Positions 27,801-40,200 of a stretch of 64,000 nt of DNA are shown here, piece after piece (the stretch's first letter is position 1; each line of letters starts with the position of its first letter). The notes beneath the pieces are model-generated. The model searched no databases, was not told the origin of the DNA, and saw only the letters and a list, made by a program, of their open reading frames with translations. The stretch lies in the NCBI RefSeq assembly GCF_031769215.1, contig NW_026781917.1:2232001-2296000 (forward strand), written 5' to 3'. This stretch comes from Ylistrum balloti. Its lineage: Eukaryota. Position numbers and translations under genes: made by a program.

Positions 27801-29053
27801 TATTTTATGAAAATGTCAAATATCTGAAAAAGCACATAAATCAGATACACTTCACACATATATAATAGTCAATATAAATGTTTACTAATGTGTCTGATAA
27901 GAGATATAACCTGTGAAACAATAATCAATACCGTTCGTTTCATACCAATTAAATCCAACAGTCATTGTACTCGAAATGTAAACCTCTTGAAAAGTTAAAA
28001 TGCTTTGAAGCTTGTCCACTCAGTGAAAAGTCGATACTATAATTCTTCTCATTACAGCGATAATAAACCTAAATTCTTGTATATTTTTCCTATTTCATTT
28101 TCATCATTATCCAAACTCTTAATCGAGCTAATTAAATTACAACAAAGTATCCCTTAAGTGTACGGATGGTCTTTATTCTCAGAATCTTTTCGCCATATTC
28201 AAAGAGTATGTGAGACAATTAGATGTGCCAGACACATTGCCGAGTATTAACAACAGGTTTTATCATTATCATTAAACAAGGAAAGGTTTCTTAAATGGTA
28301 AATTATCTTAAATGAAACAGGAATATCAGTATTCTGGATTTTATGGTATTGTTTCTAACTACGCATTTCAATTGTTTGTCTTTTGACATGATTTTATCAA
28401 TTTAGAGTAAAAATTATTATAACACTTATACGATCTTCATTGTTTATTTCGAAAATTGACAGCATATCAATTAACATTTTTCTCTTTAACATGATTTTTT
28501 CCGTCAGACATTGGTCTTGATTATACGTAAAGCATTCCTATGTATTTGTCAAGAATGATCATTATAAATGCTATCAACGGAAAAAATCAGAATTATCTTA
28601 CTTATGAAGTTTAACCAAATCCATGATTGCTATGTTAAAACCAATATATAACTAACTTAAGTTTCTTGTATATCTGCTCAATGTTAAGCGGATAGATATA
28701 AAAAATACTGTATAAATATAATGCTTTATGAAATAATATATGTATGAGGTAATAATTAAATATATAAATAAAAGAATATTTACTCATCGGTATTAATTTA
28801 TATAATTAAAATCTCATTTTATGTCATACCTTTAACTTTTACTAAAAACGGATAAACAAAATTCTTACTTCTGAATATACATGATATATTACTAAGGCCA
28901 ATGTTGCAGTAAACAAGGGCAATTAGAATAATTAAGATAATATTCCCATAGTAAACAATTTACTATGTCACATAATTAACAGAAATATACCGTTAATTAC
29001 ATACCTGAATATCGAACTAGGAATAATATCCATAGCAACGCACCAATCCCCAT
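18832..29053 (-). CDS. Gene B: paralog of gene A, type I transmembrane protein, ~734 aa in this model; 3' exon usage uncertain
   Basis: Exons 29053-29005, 27595-27433, 27162-27062, 26481-26356, 26026-25844, 25106-24991, 23928-23811, 23401-22788 (donor uncertain), 22179-22078, 21535-21329, 20875-20768, 19429-19373, 19092-18832; 2205 nt open. The first eight intron phases (1,2,1,1,1,0,1,0) equal gene A's. Exons 3 and 6 have identical lengths in both genes (101 and 116 nt). Motifs align, e.g. TQYPKQCHENQTSTTVNSPG vs TQYPNGCYSDQTSTSVNSPG. Confidence 0.8.
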
Positions 29054-30697
29054 GGTCTCAAATAGGCCCCCTCCTTAATAAGGTCACGGTCTACGTCATG
29101 TCACCAATTGCCATCATATATGTCATCGATTGATGCAGAGAGGTGTCATCCTCATCATACTGGATCAGTCACCGAAACGTACTGTAGAGGTTTGGTATCG
29201 TTAGACAGTGCTACACCTTACCATGTAGGGCGCTGCTAATCCCATTCGGCAGGAAAATTGCACTAAACAGATTACTTTCATTGTTTAGCTACGACAATCA
29301 GGTATTTAAACTATATTGTCAATTGTTGTAATAAAACTAGATCAACTATAAACTACATAAATCGGATTATGTTCTGTTAAACTTTAAGTTTCCTGTGTAA
29401 AGCCCTTCATTTTATAGTATGATGGTTACCAAGGCTCAAGTTACCACAGTATGGTTGGCTTATCCAAACAGTTTTTGAAAACGCATTTCAGCATTTTTGT
29501 CATCAGTCTTTTTCACAAATGACATAATATAATATCTTTATTGAAAAAAAGAGATATAAATGAGTAAATAAATGGTCAGGGAAAAACTCGCACACATTGC
29601 TTTCTACCTGACATTCTGATATATGCATATCGTTAAGCTGACTATTTTCACACATGGAATTCGTCCATGTTAATTCCTCCAGGTTTTATCCGGCATTTGA
29701 CCATTCTGCATTTACTATGTGTATACTTTGTACTAGAACGATAATTCCCGAAGTTTTACACATTATCGGCTATGTGTAAGCCTTTGTACTAGAACGATAA
29801 TTCCCGAGGTTTTACATATATCTGTCCAAATTGCATTTGTCTGAACCAGGTAGATTACGGGATTGACTTCTCTTACACATTGTTCTACTTAGAAGGTTCA
29901 CAATAGGGATACAATTATCTAAATACCATACCAATATACTGAACATTGTTAACATTGATAACTGTATTGATGGTCTTGTTTCCAGTTTTTGTTATCCATG
30001 CTAATGATATGTTCTATCTCTTCACTTCACGTTTTTTGTTTTACCACGACCATGAATTCTGTTTTTGTCATTGTTGACTTTTTCTTTCAAATTGCGCTGT
30101 GTTGTTAACACTTCAGTATATTTTTCCTATAATTCATTAAAAATATTTTTGATCCTTGGTTGGCGCTTGTCCACAGATAAAGGTATTTATGGCATGTTTG
30201 CGTTTATATATAATGATAAACACGACTGTCCATGCCTAGGTAAATCATGATAAAATTAATATTTTCCTTTCATTGCATACAATTTTCACTTGCTGGTTTG
30301 ATATCAAAACAAGAAGAATGGAAATCTGAAAGTGCCATGATAATTAAGCGTTCCGTGAAACAATACATAGTTTTCGTATCGAGGAGGGTCCCTACTATTG
30401 TTAGTTACAATAGGTGACATAAAATCAGTTTGGGGCAGTAAAGTTTAAGATATTATACAACATTATGTAACATTGTGCCTATAGCTGATTTAATTCACAT
30501 GTCAGGATTTGGTAGCAATATTAACTAGAGGCTTTAATATTATATAAATATCGATAGGTTTGATATATGAACACCATATATTGCTTGTTAAGTGTGTATT
30601 AGCATATCAGACTTCAGATGGATTTTTTGTCATAGGGTAAATATTTAGGTTATGGGGGAAGCATATTAAGACGTTTTATACATGTAATAATGGGATA

Positions 30698-30698
<1 letters not shown>

Positions 30699-30749
<51 letters not shown>

Positions 30750-30750
30750 G

Positions 30751-30783
<33 letters not shown>
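30699..30783 (+). repeat. (CA)n microsatellite interrupted by (CACG)n
   Basis: Direct inspection; lies between the divergent starts of gene B and the protease. Confidence 0.98.
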
Positions 30784-30785
<2 letters not shown>

Positions 30786-31237
30786 AATTAATAAAGAACA
30801 ATTATTTAAAATAAGGAGATAAACAAAATAAATTGAAAAATAAAAGGCGTATAGATAACGTAACTTTCAAAATATTTCAGAATGCAATGATTTAAATAAA
30901 TGTGACAAGATAGCTTAAAGGTCAAGCGAAAACCTCCTGTCCACGAGTCAAATCCCTGGCTTTTATGTACTAATTGTCTATAATATATGGATGCACGACT
31001 TTGAGTGTACTTGCCGACGTTATTATCACAGAACAATGACATTTCCTGATGGCCCCGAGACATTTCAACAGAACCGTTGTAACGTAGTAATGGTATCTAA
31101 TAACATTACCACTATCCTGAACGTTCGTCACATGTACATGCAATTTTAATTTTCGTAAATATATTGAATATAAAGTCACAAGGTGTTCGGCCATTTCTTA
31201 TTTTGAAATGCAGTTACTTAGTAATTTTTCTATAATT

Positions 31238-34200
31238 ATGGAACATTTTACTGTATGTTTTCTTATTTTGATACCACATATATGCTGCTTTAAACTATTT
31301 GAGGAACTTGATTCTGAAGAAACAGGTGAGTAAAACTATTGTAGAAATTCTCCTAATGTGCTAAAGGACGAAAAGATGTATGATGTAGCTTAATTTAATA
31401 TTTGGCTCTACCGTATCTAATTCTAGAGATGTATTAAAATATTCACTTATGTATATTTATTTGCCGTTAGTAGTACCACGTGCTCCGTTTCTTTTCAACG
31501 GAGCTCGTGATTAATGGTCATATTTTGAAAATATATTTTAAACCCAAAATGGGGACATATATACACACACTTTGTGAATTAGGTTTGTTAAATTAAAAAT
31601 AATTATTTCCCGGTTAAATTATCAACGGCTACAGCAAGAGCTAATTCCGATGACATTTTAAATTTTAAAATTTTAAATTTTTCCTGTATCTATTGCTTAT
31701 TATAGTAAAGTAGCAAAAGAAAGTACGATTTGTTTAACAATATATTACTTTTTTCTCTATATTATCCCCTCTCCTTTTTTAAACAATAAACACGTTATAT
31801 TCATTACAGAAATTGTGAGTGTTGAAATGGATTCATCGTTTATAAACGTACGTAACCGACGATCAGAAGAAATCGATTACCCCGGGTTTGTCGATTACAA
31901 AGTTTCCATCAGAGGGGAGGATAAACGTCTACATCTCACAAAAACAGCCCATCTGGATCGAGAAATACCTATGTATCTTATGTCAAGGGAAAATAGCCTA
32001 AAACTTCATCAACAATACACAATAGTACGTACCAGACTAATTAATCTTCATCAAAACGTATATTTATATACAGAGTATGGAAATTAAAACAGAATATCGA
32101 AATATATTAATTAACAAATATAATATAAATATTTCCTTTTCAGGGTGATATTTCCCGCCATCATTTTTTTTTTTTTACATTTTACGGAATACTGGGGGAT
32201 CAAATTTGCCTGATTGATATAAAGAGTTTTTATTTACTTCTTTAAGAAAACATTACGATTCATGGAGTTCTGATGGCATGTTATTAAGTCACTCCTATTT
32301 GGTTTAAAGATTTGAATAATATCAAAGAATATATAAATAATGTACTTACGGAAGGGAATTTTAATTACAGATAAAACATTTCTTATCGACCGGCACAATA
32401 AGCATGCAGAAGGATCCCAATTACTATGCACCAACAGTACTGTTTGTGCTTGAGTATGCTGCAGCCATGCAGTGTACCAATCAATATAAGTGTATATAAC
32501 AAGATAAATACAAGATATTATACACATTTTTATACCTATATTGTATCTATATTTGTATATGGTATATTACTTATTTTGTTATATTGTTGAAAACATTTTT
32601 TCAGAACTATGCTACTTATCAGGACAACGATACTGGAGCCTCCATTTTACTGAAGTGTGACGAGACCTTGCCATCTTGTAGTCTGGTAAACAAAATATAT
32701 ATTATGCATAGCTACACTGTCATAAACTACCCTTACGTACTACGGTCACATCATCAACATAACCCTTTAAAATTAGTTCTGTTGCGTCATCCTGTGCGTA
32801 GTATTATTTTGATTATATTGTAAATAAAGCGTTACTTTGCTTCAGTATGGCGGATTCTACCATGAAGGTGAACATTTTAGAATTCAGCCACATTCTCAAG
32901 GAAGCAAACATCACAGCATCGCCAAAACAACAAGGCCAGTGACCGCTTATCGCGATTCAAGGTTACATGGTAATGTATAGGAATTGTACGGATACTATAT
33001 TAAGGTTGAAAATTAAAAGAAAAAAAAGAAGTAATTAAAATGAAAACCTATCAAATAAATGTATCAATGATTCATAGTAGTGAAAGGAAAACTACAACTG
33101 CTTGATACTAAATTTACTTTTGTGTTTTCCAAAAGGTGACGTCAATTCTCTAGGACATGATATCATCAGACACGTAAGAAAGAGAGCAGTATCCCATGGT
33201 AACAATCACGTGGTTGAAATACTTGTCTTTCTGGATGATACAATCTACAATTTGTAAGTAGATTAATAACTACAACATGATGGTATCAAATGAGAAAATA
33301 ACGATAAATTAATGCCGACTAATTAAAAATGTTATTCTGATTGACGAAACGAGAGAAAATATGAACAATTGAACATTTGAAGAAACAACTGAAAAGTTCA
33401 AATGAAAAAGCCCAGGCATTCCGAATTCAGAAGCGTCCTTCGTTTCATTGACACCACCCGCTTTGTAAATAATATATACGTTTAGATAATTAAATACACG
33501 AGTACTTCACAAGATAAATAATATCAAATAAACTTTAACGATTTCAATAGTGAAGTTTTGTCAATGATGTCAGTCTTATCTGGTTTTACTTATCTATGCT
33601 TTTCTCCATTGAAAGTTTCATGAAACTCAGCGACGGAAATGAAAAAGAAGCGTTAGCGAAAATGAAGATGTACTACATACTTATAGCAAATGATGTAAGT
33701 CATCGAGACAGGTAAAATATTATAAGTCATCGAGACAGGTAAAATATTGTAAGTCACCGAGACAGGTAAAATATTACAAGTCATCGAGACAGGTAAAATA
33801 TTATAAGTCATCGAGACAGGTAAAATATTATAAGTAACCGAGACAGGTAAAATATAATAAGTCACCGAGACAGGTAAAATATAATAAGTCACCGAGACAG
33901 GTAAAATATTATAAGTCATCGAGACAGGTAAAATATTATAAGTCACCGAGACAGGTAAAATATTATAAGTCACCGAAACAGGTAAAATATTATAAGTCAT
34001 CGAGACAGGTAAAATATTATAAGTCACCGAGACAGGTAAAATATTTTAAGTCACCGAGACAGGTAAAATAGTAAAATAATATAAGTCATCGAGACAGGTA
34101 AAATATTATAAGTCACCGAGACAGGTAAAATATTATAAGGCACCGAGACAAATATTATAAGTCATCGAGATTGGTTGAAGCTGTATGGCACATCTTTATT

Positions 34201-37200
34201 TATTAGTTGTCTTCAATGTGTCTAATTCACTGTGACTTTCCGAAGTCTCGTTTTAACTCGCCGTTTGGATATTATTTCTTACTATGTATAATTATGTAAT
34301 TAGCCCAACACTTAATGTGTCAGCCATCTTTCAATTCCTACTTTGAAAAACGACCTCTTGTTCCACGATATTCGCGTGAGAAAATGAAATAAATGAATTT
34401 GAATTAATCTGAAAGTAAAATTGCCAGCGCAAAGACCCTGTTTACACTCTCCGAACGTTGTCAATGAAATGGTTATGCAAACTTTGAAATAATATAATTA
34501 ACAGAAATTACACACTTTTAACATATATTTAAATATGATAATACTTTTATCAGTTGCTAACATTTTAGTCTCTTTAAGAAGATACTTGATAGATACATTA
34601 ATTCTAAACGAATATTTTTCACACTGTACATATTGTGATTTGTTTTTGCCAAGTAACAGGGATCTCAGATACAATCTGTCCTCACAAGCTGACTTCTTTT
34701 CACACTTCTTTCGACTTTTCAAGATGGATTTACGTTACCAGTCATTAAGTGATCGACATAACAGGTTCAAAGTCGACATCATGATCAACGGATTTGTATT
34801 TGCTCAGGTAAGATTAAGTCAAGAGACACGACCTATTTTCTAATACATATATTTTATTAGAAACAAATTCTATTTGTAGAATTATCTAATATTGCGCTTT
34901 TAAGTATGTGCCTTTTTTCTAACTTGAAATCTTGATTGTATAGTTCTTTCTATCAGATTTGGACATCATAAAGACTTTTTTTTTACTGAATTTAAAGATT
35001 TATTGCATGACGTGTGTGAATCATACCCCGATATGATCAGTGGGTTTCTTTAGTCAGGTATCCCTTTGGCTTTAGCAGCAAATCGTACATGTTTTACTTC
35101 TTTGTTTCTTTTAGACTCCCGACGGTTTCCCTTGGATACCAAAATATGTTCAGAGCAACAATATTTTCGACGCTGAGAATTCTATGAAGATGTTTGGAGA
35201 TTACCAGTACGGCAACAGAAAATACCTGCCGGCTTTCGACCATGCTATGCAATTCAGCAGGTAAACCATTGATAATACATTAGTTTTATTCAAAAGATAA
35301 CCGTACAATTAAGAATGCTAAGAAACAGTGATGGCTTTCAACTGAATAAAGATGTTTTGGTAGAAAAACTAAATTAAACATTAGTTTTATATGGCTAGGT
35401 CTGGAAAATCATTGAAAGGGTCAAAGCTGTAGACAAAAGTAGGCATTAGTATGGAAAATATTACTGATTTAGGCACTAAAAACATCAGAAAAATATTGAC
35501 ATATCAGCAAAATCATAATCCAGTTTCAATAAAAATCGGACAAATTATGAAAAAAAACAAACAAAAATTACTCGGAGACTCCTGAAAAAGTACAAAGAGA
35601 ATAAGACCAGCTGTTCCGGAAGAGTAAGCGTTCCGCTTCATTCACGACATCCGCCAAATAAACTTTGATCAATCCAAGAAAAGTAAGTAAAGTCATGTTC
35701 TCAAATAAAAACAATGTATTCAACAACGGAACCAACGGGAGTCAAGCACGCCCAGTTTTATATCGTACATAGAAATAGAATATCGAACATTTGGTATTAT
35801 ATATATATATATATATTCTTTTAAATATTTTTGATAAAAAAATTAATGAATAAATTAAGATAAAAACATCTGTATATCAATTCCTTGTTATTCTTTTGAC
35901 CACTGTAATGATTTTACATTCATTGTGTATGTTTCTGACGTCTACAGAAGGGATCTTGCGTTTTATGAGGATGGATGGCAAACCGATCTGTTAGGTAAGA
36001 TAATATATGTTTTGTTTTTCTTTGATGGTTCAAATGTCCGATATTTTACCAAATGTTGATTTTTTTTTCATTGAAGTTTAAACAATATTTACTTTCTTTT
36101 TTCAGAGGTTTTAATGTTCGTGGATTTAAATAGCGAGAAATAGAGACACACGAACATAATAACCTGAGATAATATTGATCCCATTTACCGTAACACAGTG
36201 AGGATTTTATTGAAACGTCGTAACTATTTTCTACCTTTGTGTACATAGGTTTATAGTGCAGCTGAAAAAGTCAGTCGACTCCTTACCATCTCGTACGCTA
36301 CGTATGTCAGTCGGCTTCACACTGGTCGTTTGTCTGAAAGTGACAGTGTAGTCATCGAATCGTCACACTTCAAACTGTTATTGGTTCTATTCCTTTGACA
36401 ACCTGAAGGAAATGCTCCAAAATAACCATGTCCATATTTCTTTACCTCGTTAACTTATTAAATGCAATGTTTTCCTCATAAATCATGCAAAACTGATACA
36501 AACTTTCGTTTGTTTGTTGTTTGATTATTTGTTTTGTTGTGTTTGTTTGTTTTTATAACAGCTCTAGCAATGAAAAACTGGGATGAGCAAGATATATATG
36601 TTTTGGAAACACTGACTCTAGAAAAGAAAAAAAAAAGAAAAGGAAAAAAACAAAACAGTAGACCATTTTCATCGTGGCATTTATATTAAATGGCAAATAT
36701 ACTCAAAGTGTTTTTGTTGTGTTCTAGTATCATATAGAACTTGCCAATATCGTTCCGGTGTCTTACTAATGGTGTTTAATTTGAACTACTGCGTTTTTAT
36801 TTTCAACATTTATCCATCTATTTGATCGTGTGTCGTTCTTTCTGTTTTTCATTTCGCAATCATATTGTATAAAATACGAATTGATATATTTCCGAAAGTA
36901 AATGGGATCTTGATTTAAGTTCGGCGACATTTCAATTTGAGTACAATCTTTGTATTTCTACAAATGACATTTGTTAACGGATAAAGATTCTCCTTAATGC
37001 ATTGAACTGTTTTTTTCACCCTTGACATTCAATAATTCGCACGTGTAATATTTGCATTTCTTTGAACGTAACAGGTGTTGCGTTCAAGGGTACAACTTGT
37101 TCCACACCGACTATGGCGGTGTCCATTATAGAGGATTCTTCGTACGGTACGACTGGACAGACAGCATCACACGAATTAGGCCACAGGTAGGTCATGTACA

Positions 37201-40200
37201 TAGTTATCAAAGACGAAGCATGAACATGTGCATCATTTGTCTGCCTTTACAGGAGGACGCGTATCTGTTTTGCTATCCAGTTATATATTTACATTAAAAA
37301 AAGTAATTTACTGAAAACATATTTTCTGAGTATTTGTTTTTCGCGATATCTTCATTAACCGGAAATAAAGCAAAGTTAAATATCCAGTGAATGTTACCAA
37401 ATATACAGTATACCAAAAATCATTGAGGCTACCTATGTTAGGTGATCCCTCATGGAGAATCCCTGGCTGGATTCTAAAGCAGATTGCCTATGTTCAAATA
37501 TGGCACTTGCCATCCAGGATATAGATAAGTATCAATAATGAAAAATAAATAAATAAATATCGGATGAAAAATAATAACACGAGATCAACTGATTAATAAG
37601 GCTAGTTCACCTCCCAATCTAGAATTTGACACTTCTTTCGACCAGTCCCCCCACTCCTTTAGGTTTCAACATGTAGGCCAATAGCATCACTAACGAGTCC
37701 TAGAAGGATGAAACAGCCGTATGTTGCAGTTTGGTTTATTGTTTGGCTGTACTGTACCTAATCTAAATTTATAGTGAATGGTGCTTTTCACTTGGAATTT
37801 TGTACAATTGTCTATATCTCTAACAGTATGTGGTGGTGTCTCTGTCTCTAACAGTCTGCGTTATATGTCTCTTACAGTCTATGGTCGTGTCTATGTCTTT
37901 TACAATCTGAGTTCCTGTCTTTATGTCTAACAGTCTGATGCCGGGTCTATATCTCTGACAGTCACGGATCGTGTCTATGTCTCTAACAGTCTGAGTTCGT
38001 GTCTTTATGTCTAACAGTCTGGGGTCGTGCCTCTGTCTCTAACAGTCGGGGGTCGTGTCTATGTCTCTAACAATGTGGGATCGTGTCTATATGTCTAACA
38101 GTCTGGGGTCATGTCTATATGTCTCTAACAGTCTAGGGTCGTGCCTCTGTCTCTAACAGTCTGGGGTCGTGCCTCTGTGTCTAACAGTCTGGGGTCGTGT
38201 CTCTGTCTCTAACAGTCGGGGCTCGTGTCTATGTCTCTAACAGTGTGAGTTCCTGTCTTTATGTGTAACAGTCTTGATTCCTGTCTTTGTCTCTAACACC
38301 CTGGTGCCGTGTCTCTGTCTCTAACAGTCTGAGCTGGTGTCTTTATGTCTAACAGTCTTGGGTCGTGTCTATGTCTCTAACAGTGTGAGTTCATGTCTTT
38401 ATGTGTAACAGTCTTGATTCCTGTCTTTGTATCTAACAGTCTGGTGCCGGGTCTATATCTCTAACAGTCTGAGTTCCTGTCTTTATGTCTAACAGTCTGG
38501 GGTCGTGTCTATGTCTCTTACAGTCTGAGTTCCTGTCTTTATATCTAACAGTCTGGGGTCGTGTCTATATCTCTTACAGTCTGGGATCGTGTCTATGTCT
38601 CTAACAGTCTGAGCTCCTGTCTTTATATCTAACAGTCTGGGGTCGAGTCATGACGGAGATGTCGGTTGTAATGATGACAAACAATACATAATGGCGGCTT
38701 TTACTGCTCCATCAACGCAGAATGTGGCAAGACATATGTGGAAGATGTCGTCTTGTTCATCAGACGCTATTTACAATTACTTAACCAGGTAGGTGGCGCT
38801 TTCACGCCATATTCATCTGGTAATGTAAATCTAAACTTAAGATTTACAATTTTAATTGATTGTTTTTCAGCACCTTTTAAAATTTTTCCTCTCCACTTTT
38901 TCAAATAATAATTTATCTCCCTCTTGTCAAATCAGAAATTTGACTTTAAAACAATGATGACCTTAAATAAAAAAGAATGTACAATGATAAAAATATCATT
39001 GAAATCTTTCTGTAGTACATTCAGTCCATATTTGTGTTTCATTCTATCAATATGTGGAACGTTGTCCATTCTAATATCAAGCGAATTTTATCTGATAAGA
39101 CAAATCACTGTTATCCAAGATTTGTTTTAGAATGAGACCTATTTGAACAATTTTATTGTATTATGATAACTGATGATCTTCAACATATTGTGACTTCTTC
39201 CCTAATCGTCTACGTTTAACATTTTACAATATTGCGTCTGATAAGTCAGCCTGACAGGATGTCAATTTGATAGGTTTTGAAACAATATGCTAATTTCATT
39301 ACCTCTACCTGTAATATTTGCGTGTGATACATCAATAAAATATATAATGTTGTTGTATTGTGCCTACATTGTAATTTAAGTCCGGCTCAAAGAATTTTAT
39401 GACATGTAGATTTTACAAAAGAAAATTGTCTTTATTTGACATTCTAAGTTTCACATTTCCTTTTATTGTAGGATGGGTAGCCGTGTATGTACAAAGAAGA
39501 ATAGCTTTCCTAAAAAAGATTACGATAGGGACCATGGTCTGGCAAGTGGAGGACAAATATACGACCTAAGTAGTCAGTGTAAATTAAGACAGGGCAAAAC
39601 ATCGTTCTTGTGCCAAGTAAGTAGTAACTAAACCAAGCAGGGAAAATAGCTCAATTGTAAGATTTCAATCTTTTACCCAGTACTCTTAGGGATGAATAAC
39701 ATATTTTAATGGTGACACTATGAAATATGTTATTTCTATACAATTCATTTTTCGAATTCAATATAATTGTACCCTAACGCTAACGTATACATATATCTAA
39801 TTACTTTCTAGATAGAGGGTAGAGGGGGGAGTCAGTATTATACATATACTTAGCCATAAGTGAGAGACCACGCATATCTTAGATTAGCCTTAATTTTGTT
39901 AGCTGTAAGAAAAGTATTCAATGAGATCTGAACAGGATATATAGAAATGTTTACACCTGGCTAAACTATATACAGACGACAGGAAAAGAAATTGAAAGAA
40001 CAGGAAATACAATATTAAAAAGACAAAAATGCATTTCCAAAGTTTAGAAAAATAAATAACTTCAACCTTGATGCAATATGAAATCATCAAAACGTATTGT
40101 TTGAACAAGATGATTAACACTATTTTACTCCAACAGAAATATCCGAACTTCCGGTAAAGGTAAAACAGCTTGCACGCTAAGAACATAAACACGTGCTACA

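Noticed and set aside
29718-29820. 55-bp direct duplication upstream of gene B; similar 20-bp duplication near 56748-56788
   Set aside because: Two-copy local duplications not touching any splice site or ORF; ordinary.
33653-34027. ORF of repeated MTYNILPVS
   Set aside because: Antisense translation of the 27-bp minisatellite.
36245-36420. Higher-complexity stretch with a minus-strand acceptor (ttcag) and donor (ATG|gtaagg) in a protease intron
   Set aside because: All frames between the sites contain stops and no partner exons were found.
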